Of a DNA stretch of 64,000 nucleotides, positions 58,163 through 64,000 are shown piece by piece. Within the stretch, counting starts at the first letter, position 1. Each line of letters opens with the position of its first letter. The stretch covers positions 1-64,000 of IMG/VR virus record IMGVR_UViG_3300028601_000021; one strand, 5' to 3'. The notes below the pieces were generated by a model. The model saw only the letters and a list, made by a program, of their open reading frames with translations. It was not told the origin of the DNA and did not search any database. The position numbers were made by a program, and so were the translations under genes. This DNA is from a virus. Lineage: Duplodnaviria; Caudoviricetes.

Positions 58163-59911
58163 ATGAGTGAAATAGTCCAATCCGTACCTGGCTGGGTGCA
58201 TAGTTTACATATCGTAGATAAAGAAGCTAAGATCAATACCTTAATGGTAAAAGAAAAGATTTACCAGAAGGATGCAGAAGGTAATGTCACTTATAGAGAT
58301 AACTTAAAGTTTATAAATGATCCAGTTAGACCTGTGTGGGTCACTAAGCCTGGATGTAGAAATCATCAGTTTAAAAAGGAATTTGAATATCTTACTAATC
58401 TGGATAGATACAACGTACCGGATAGTAAAGTATGCCAGACAGCTCAGAGTGCCTTAGATGGTAGATATAGTAGTTATGAACCCAGACTACGTAATCTTTG
58501 TAGTAGTCCATTTGTATATGCTGCTGATATCGAAGCTGGTGTGTTCACTAGATATAGATATCAGAAACAAATAGAAGACTTAGGTGGTATACCTTTCAAA
58601 TACACAGTAGGTTGTCTGGACATCGAGAACGAAGTACGTGGTGATGGTCGTATCAATGCTATTACCTTTATACATGAAAATGAAATCTTTACTACGGTAT
58701 TAGACGATTACATGTATATCCACGATAGGGATAAAGGCACTAAAGTAAAAGCTACTAGAGAAGATGCTTTAGCTGCTATTAAAGAAACAGTAGGACCTTT
58801 GTTATCTGAGCATAAGTTTAAATTGACTTTTGCCATACATACCAATGAAGTAGATATGATCAAATGGATATTCAAACATATCCATGAAAAGAAGACTGAC
58901 TTTATCGGTATCTGGAATATGCGTCACGATATTCCCCACATGATGTATAGATTACTGAAGAATGATGTATTACCAGAAACAGTCATGCCTCATCCTGATG
59001 TACCCGTGAATCTACGTTTTGTTAGATATAATGATGACAAGACTAAAGATCTTCAGCATATCACCGACAGATGGGATTGGTGTGAAATACCTGGACATAG
59101 TCAATTCGTGGATGCTATGTGTCTTTACGCTAGGATACGTAAGACTAGTGGTCGTAAGTCCAGTTATAGTCTAGATGCAGTATCTAATGAAGAAGTAGGT
59201 AAAGGTAAGCTAAAGTTAGGTAGAATCACTAACCACTGGTATGAACAGAACTATAGATTCTTACCTTATATAGCTTACAACATCAATGACTGTGTATTGA
59301 TGCAACTTATGGAATGGAAGAATCACGACTATAGTCAGTTATTATCTCTTAGTGGTGTATCTATGTTGAACGATTTCAACAAACAGACTGCTATGGGCAA
59401 GAACAGTACTTTTATCTATGCTTTAGGTAAAGGACGAGTAATCGCTAGTGTAGGTAAGGATATGCTCACTCCTTTTGATAAGGATATCCCTAAATTAGGT
59501 GGTGCAGTACTATCCCCCGCTAGAGCTAAAAACATCGGTAGTAAGATACTGAAAGAAGCCCCAGGTATAGAGACTCAAGTAGTCATGAGCGTGAATGACT
59601 TAGATGTCACCGCAGAGTATCCAAGTATCACCGCTACGTTTAATATCTCTAAAGAGACTAAGTTAAGCACAGCACTCACTATAGAAGGTATGCCTAGATC
59701 TGCCACAGAAGGATTCTTCAGTGAATTACCTTCTCCTTTAGAAAATGCAGTACCTCTTTGTAGTAATTACTTCGGGTTACCTAATTACACCAAGATGGGT
59801 GAGTTATTCGATCAATATGTCACTATTCTTCTTAAACAGAAAAGCGATCCATTGATAGCAGATATAGATCCATTAGAATTACTAGATATACCTCTAGTAT
59901 TATCTAAGTAA
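58163..59911 (+). CDS. Family B DNA polymerase, exonuclease + motif A part (phiKZ gp82-like)
   Basis: ExoI LDIENE, ExoII WNMRHDI, SYSLDAV, ExoIII YNINDC, motif A DLDVTAEYPS, NISKET. Confidence 0.9.
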   Translation: MSEIVQSVPGWVHSLHIVDKEAKINTLMVKEKIYQKDAEGNVTYRDNLKFINDPVRPVWVTKPGCRNHQFKKEFEYLTNLDRYNVPDSKVCQTAQSALDGRYSSYEPRLRNLCSSPFVYAADIEAGVFTRYRYQKQIEDLGGIPFKYTVGCLDIENEVRGDGRINAITFIHENEIFTTVLDDYMYIHDRDKGTKVKATREDALAAIKETVGPLLSEHKFKLTFAIHTNEVDMIKWIFKHIHEKKTDFIGIWNMRHDIPHMMYRLLKNDVLPETVMPHPDVPVNLRFVRYNDDKTKDLQHITDRWDWCEIPGHSQFVDAMCLYARIRKTSGRKSSYSLDAVSNEEVGKGKLKLGRITNHWYEQNYRFLPYIAYNINDCVLMQLMEWKNHDYSQLLSLSGVSMLNDFNKQTAMGKNSTFIYALGKGRVIASVGKDMLTPFDKDIPKLGGAVLSPARAKNIGSKILKEAPGIETQVVMSVNDLDVTAEYPSITATFNISKETKLSTALTIEGMPRSATEGFFSELPSPLENAVPLCSNYFGLPNYTKMGELFDQYVTILLKQKSDPLIADIDPLELLDIPLVLSK

Positions 59912-60041
59912 GTATAAAGGTGAGAGATGTAGTAGACTGTAATACATACGACCATATATGTAGGGACTATTACACCGGTACGTTTACTACATCTCAGTAC
60001 CCTAAACTTTCAAACTAGATAAAAGTGCATCAGAGGTATAT

Positions 60042-60635
60042 ATGAAGAATGGCGATAATGTCTACGTGAATAACATCAACCCTGACTCTAAGATAGTGAA
60101 GATACTATCTATAGATCCAGGTACAACAGTTACTGGTTGGGCTATGTCCACCTTCAATATACCTAACAATACATTCGTTGTACATAAGTTTGGTATGATA
60201 ACGCCTATCAAATTAGCTAAGAAGGACAAAGAGGATTGTCTTAAGTATACACAACAATTGATAGCCTTAGATTATCTAGCTGTTAAATTCGATGAATTGA
60301 TGGCTGTATGGAAACCTAACTTCGTAGTTAGTGAAGATGCATTCATGAATGCTAAATTCGCTAATGCACATGCTGCTTTGACTTTATGTTTATTTGTGAT
60401 GAGTAACCTATGTAGAAAGAAATACCATATGCCTTTCTATAAGTTAGCCCCTTGTCATGTTAAACGTATCGTCACTAATAGTGGTACTGCTAACAAATTA
60501 TCTATTCAGGAAGCTATTTTAAATAATCCAGAAATTACAGTAGATGCTAAGTCCATGGTGGAACATGAAGCAGATGCTATCGGTGTAGGTTATACTTTCT
60601 CGAAACAGATTCCTATGATTTTGGCTAGTTTATAA
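60042..60635 (+). CDS. ruvC: RuvC-like Holliday junction resolvase
   Basis: ILSIDPGTTVTGWA, VVSEDAF, P..VKR.VT.SG.A.K, HEADAIGVG. Confidence 0.9.
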   Translation: MKNGDNVYVNNINPDSKIVKILSIDPGTTVTGWAMSTFNIPNNTFVVHKFGMITPIKLAKKDKEDCLKYTQQLIALDYLAVKFDELMAVWKPNFVVSEDAFMNAKFANAHAALTLCLFVMSNLCRKKYHMPFYKLAPCHVKRIVTNSGTANKLSIQEAILNNPEITVDAKSMVEHEADAIGVGYTFSKQIPMILASL

Positions 60636-60660
60636 AAAATATGTATACACGACATAGGCA

Positions 60661-60698
60661 CTATAGCAGTACTCCTGTAATAGGAGTACTGCTATAGC
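60661..60698. terminator. Palindromic hairpin between convergent genes
   Basis: CTATAGCAGTACTCCT-loop-AGGAGTACTGCTATAG. Confidence 0.7.
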
Positions 60699-60717
60699 AC
60701 CAATTATAGTCTCTGTA

Positions 60718-61803
60718 TTACTGCTTCTTTTCCGTACCAGCACCGATCTTGGTGGCCTTACTACCAGTACCGACCACAGGAGCTGCTGCAGCTTCAGGAG
60801 CAGCTGCCGGTGCTGGAGTATGCAGCATATCTGCGGATACTTCCATCATCGGCACGGCCATATCCAGCTTCTCGATAGTGGAGAGGATATGAACACACTT
60901 TTCTTCATCGCTGAGTGCGATCTTTTCTTCAGGCTTCTTGATCATATCGCAAGCGACAGACACCGCCATACCGGTGGCGATAGAAGACTCGGCCATTTTC
61001 TTGGGACCACCATAGAAGAAGTCTACGATGTTACGGGCCATACCGAAAGCAGCCATAACACCGACCTGTTCTTCAGTGAGTGAGAACTCCTTGTTCTCCA
61101 CGGTATCGAAGAAACCTTCCACACCGAGCAGGGATTCGATATCCTGGCTCAGCTTTTCAACATCCACCATGGCAGCTTCTTCGTGGCGCTGCTGATCCTT
61201 GGTGGTGTACTTCAGTTCCTTGCCCTTGTAGTTGAGCATCTTGTGACCCCAGAGCATCATCTTCTGGACATCGACAGCACTCTCATTCAACTGGACGATA
61301 TTAGAAGCGAAGTAACAGGCTTCAGCCGAAAGGATGTCTTCGACCACCAGAGTGACCATGGACTGAATAGCTGCCAATTCAAATACCCGAAGGTTACCGA
61401 AGCCGATGGTACCGATAGCCATACCACCGATGTTGGTGGCACGGCAGTCGCCGATGTACAGTCTTTCGACGTTATGGATGAAGACGACCTTGGCCTTGAC
61501 CTTCTTCAGATCAACTACACCGCAATCTTCGATGATCAGCAGATCTGCTGCGATAAAGTCAGCACTGAAGTCATTCATTCCACAGAGACGGATGATGTCA
61601 CCGGTATAGTCATTCTGTACCGGCGTATCCTTACTGATCAGCTGCTGATCGGACTGATGGAGAAAGTGCTTTGCCTGCCCGATGATCTTGGAGAATACTT
61701 CACCAAAGTTCTTACCTTTCTTGGGTGCAGCTGCAGCTACTTCAGTGACTTCGGTGGTGGGGACAAAAGAGGCACGACGGACGGAGAAGATGTTCTTGTT
61801 CAT
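60718..61803 (-). CDS. Hypothetical, likely highly expressed protein (361 aa)
   Basis: Codon bias like chmA/MCP; Ala/Pro-rich ends; beta-solenoid-like central region. Confidence 0.7.
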   Translation of the reverse strand: MNKNIFSVRRASFVPTTEVTEVAAAAPKKGKNFGEVFSKIIGQAKHFLHQSDQQLISKDTPVQNDYTGDIIRLCGMNDFSADFIAADLLIIEDCGVVDLKKVKAKVVFIHNVERLYIGDCRATNIGGMAIGTIGFGNLRVFELAAIQSMVTLVVEDILSAEACYFASNIVQLNESAVDVQKMMLWGHKMLNYKGKELKYTTKDQQRHEEAAMVDVEKLSQDIESLLGVEGFFDTVENKEFSLTEEQVGVMAAFGMARNIVDFFYGGPKKMAESSIATGMAVSVACDMIKKPEEKIALSDEEKCVHILSTIEKLDMAVPMMEVSADMLHTPAPAAAPEAAAAPVVGTGSKATKIGAGTEKKQ

Positions 61804-61942
61804 GATAAAACTCCTAAATTGGTTTATGTTTTTATTTTAGGCCCATGCCATCATTGATTCGACTAAAAAGTAAATACTACCAGAGGATACCGGTTAGGTA
61901 TCCTCTGGTAGTGATATAGCTGACTGCTATATATAGAACGTA

Positions 61943-62410
61943 TTACATGACAGCGCGTACTGCTTCAGCAAGTGCGTCGATCTGAGCATCGTCGATCAGT
62001 CTGGTCTCGGTGACCTTCAGTTCAACTACACCATACACTTCAGTGTAGGTACCGGGATCGCGCGGCTGGGGGTAGCGACGATGAGCGTGGCCAGTGATGA
62101 CAGTCTTACCTGTCGGGGTAGCTGTCTTCAGGATGACCTTCTGCTGCTTCGGGTTCTCGCCAGCCTTCTTGGCAGCGGCGACTACTTCAGGAAGCTTTTC
62201 CTGAATGAAGTCAATACCACCGGCAGTCATGGCAGCCTTTACTTCGGTGAAGCGCTTCTGCACGTCTTCAGTCAATCCCTGCTGCTTGAGGAACTTCACA
62301 TAAGCAGACTGGTTTACCGAATACAGGTTCTGCTTTTCGTCCTTCTTGGCATTCTCGTTAAAGAATGCCTGGGCTGCCTTTCTCATTTCCTGGTTCACTG
62401 CAATAGCCAT
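61943..62410 (-). CDS. Abundant early basic protein, possibly DNA-binding
   Basis: 155 aa, strong codon bias, GGAGG RBS, early motif at 62512, hairpin at ~61876-61912. Confidence 0.65.
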   Translation of the reverse strand: MAIAVNQEMRKAAQAFFNENAKKDEKQNLYSVNQSAYVKFLKQQGLTEDVQKRFTEVKAAMTAGGIDFIQEKLPEVVAAAKKAGENPKQQKVILKTATPTGKTVITGHAHRRYPQPRDPGTYTEVYGVVELKVTETRLIDDAQIDALAEAVRAVM

Positions 62411-62511
62411 TTGTTTTTCCTCCGGAGGAATGGGTGTGGGTGATAAGGATAGTTGTACGCTGCAGCTACAAAGTATCCTTAGGACTAGATATACAACACT
62501 ATATCACCTTT

Positions 62512-62521
62512 GTAATATATA
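62512..62521 (-). promoter_or_regulatory. Early promoter motif TATATATTAC
   Basis: GTAATATATA ~100 nt upstream of 62410. Confidence 0.6.
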
Positions 62522-62560
62522 CTTAAAATTACATTGGAATACAGTGTTGTATATCTTTGA

Positions 62561-63430
62561 TTACGCTATAGACCATTTCACTAACTTTTCTAAGATCTCT
62601 CTATTGTTAGACATATCAAAGAAAGCAGATACCCGTTCACGATGCACTTCAGTCAGTTCATTCTTCTCATCATAGATAGAAGAAAGTTTGTTCTTATCTA
62701 TCGTATCTAGGAATTCATTATGATCAGTCATAGCACCCAAAGTCTCTATGAAAGACCTACTGACATTTGGTATCTTAAATCCTATCAAGATATTCAATAA
62801 AGTAGCATGCTTCTTATGACTATTTATAAAGCTCATAAACTCAGCAGCATTTTCTCTAGTGATCATGATGTTCTCTAATTTGAGAATAGTATCGACATCG
62901 ATATAAATCAAATCAGCGATAGAGGAAAGTACACCAGTGGCTAGCAAATGACTATAAATACGATAATGAGTATTATTGAAATACATCTGGAAAATTGCTG
63001 AGAAAGCAGACAAGGTAGTGTATACCTGCGCTTTACAATCTCTCGATAAGCAGACTCCACCATAAACACCTAAGGTATTGTGTCTGAAGATATCAGAGAA
63101 ATACTTAGGGTGACTATAAATCAATGGAGTACCACATACTGGGCATACACTAGGGTATAAGTCGGTTTCATTATCCGATACCCTATTTTTCACTTCGATG
63201 GTGGAAACAGTACCACTATAGTTGGAAGCTATAGAGAGTTCATCACCAATGGCTAACTTAACTTTACTAAAAGGTCTGGTGTAAGGTGGTAGGTGATACT
63301 TTAAAGATAGGGAAGGATTAGTTAACGTAGTGACCGATAAGATAGGGGTGATTTCACCATATACACCATATCGATATAATCGCCTATCTAGCCTGACGTG
63401 CTTTACTACATCCGTAGCTAATGTGGGCAT
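62561..63430 (-). CDS. NAD-dependent DNA ligase C-terminal-like protein (OB, Zn finger, HhH; no adenylation domain)
   Basis: G..GEITP (OB), L.IGD, PSVCPVCGTPL...C....C.AQ, SSIADL, L..ILIGFKIPNVS (HhH). Confidence 0.65.
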   Translation of the reverse strand: MPTLATDVVKHVRLDRRLYRYGVYGEITPILSVTTLTNPSLSLKYHLPPYTRPFSKVKLAIGDELSIASNYSGTVSTIEVKNRVSDNETDLYPSVCPVCGTPLIYSHPKYFSDIFRHNTLGVYGGVCLSRDCKAQVYTTLSAFSAIFQMYFNNTHYRIYSHLLATGVLSSIADLIYIDVDTILKLENIMITRENAAEFMSFINSHKKHATLLNILIGFKIPNVSRSFIETLGAMTDHNEFLDTIDKNKLSSIYDEKNELTEVHRERVSAFFDMSNNREILEKLVKWSIA

Positions 63431-63607
63431 GATTTATGTCCGTTTATGTTTTGAAGTTTACTAAACGACGGGTCCAGTATCTCTGCTATAATAGAGATGG
63501 GGATGCGTAATAATTTATACAAACTTAGAGAGCTTGGTAGGTGTACCATTTTATACGTGTGGAAAAGCTTTACTCACGGGTAATTCGAATTAACAAGGAT
63601 TTTAGAT

Positions 63608-64000
63608 ATGGAATTGAAAGTGATACAATACGATGGGGCCATCGTCCCATTTGATATAAAGAAAATGATAAACTCATTAGTGGTATTAGGATACCCAGAC
63701 ATACTTGTTTCCAAGTCCATAGCTAAAGAGATAGCAGAAGAAGCAAGGAATCGAGCGACTATACGCTATGGAGAAAACCCTATATATGTAAAGCTACTGA
63801 TAGATATAGTAGAGGAGATCCTCATCGCTCACGATTATCACGAAATAGCTAAAGTGTATAGGAATCAACCAACCACCTTTGTTGATATAGATAGAGACTA
63901 TGGTGGTTTAGCTATAATGGATGGTATTGATTTTCATATATCGGAATTGAATTTCTATGCTTGTAATTTATTTAATTTTAAAAATGGAGTACTGGGTACT
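63608..64000 (+). CDS. ATP-cone domain protein, truncated by window end (possibly ribonucleotide reductase-related)
   Basis: MELKVIQYDGAIVPFDIKKM...IDIVEEILI.....IAKVY; frame open to 64000. Confidence 0.7.
   Translation, partial: MELKVIQYDGAIVPFDIKKMINSLVVLGYPDILVSKSIAKEIAEEARNRATIRYGENPIYVKLLIDIVEEILIAHDYHEIAKVYRNQPTTFVDIDRDYGGLAIMDGIDFHISELNFYACNLFNFKNGVLGT

Overview
A 64-kb segment of an AT-rich, phiKZ-like (Chimalliviridae, nucleus-forming) jumbo phage genome. Recognisable core genes: a probable chimallin (ChmA) directly upstream of the non-virion RNA polymerase beta'-like subunit, a two-part family-B DNA polymerase (phiKZ gp50- and gp82-like), the DnaB helicase / gp119-like / major capsid block, UvsX, RuvC, dCMP deaminase, a GroEL-like chaperonin, a TraR/DksA protein and many virion/fibre proteins. 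No tRNA, rRNA or CRISPR array was seen. Most striking: (1) the RNAP gene is cut by four ORF-less group I introns, which split the catalytic motif as NA|DFDG|D around a 12-nt micro-exon; (2) a candidate modular fibre-tip system, in which three dispersed, hairpin-bounded paralogous genes with a shared upstream motif each begin with the second part of an Fn3/Ig-like domain, while the missing first strands occur twice at the C-terminus of a separate Ig-repeat stalk protein (possible donor-strand docking of interchangeable adhesins); (3) a tandemly duplicated ~175-nt structured non-coding element with compensatory changes, each copy preceding a small paralogous ORF; (4) a family of long near-identical intergenic palindromes. 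All assignments come from motifs, synteny and reading by eye; no database searches were run.
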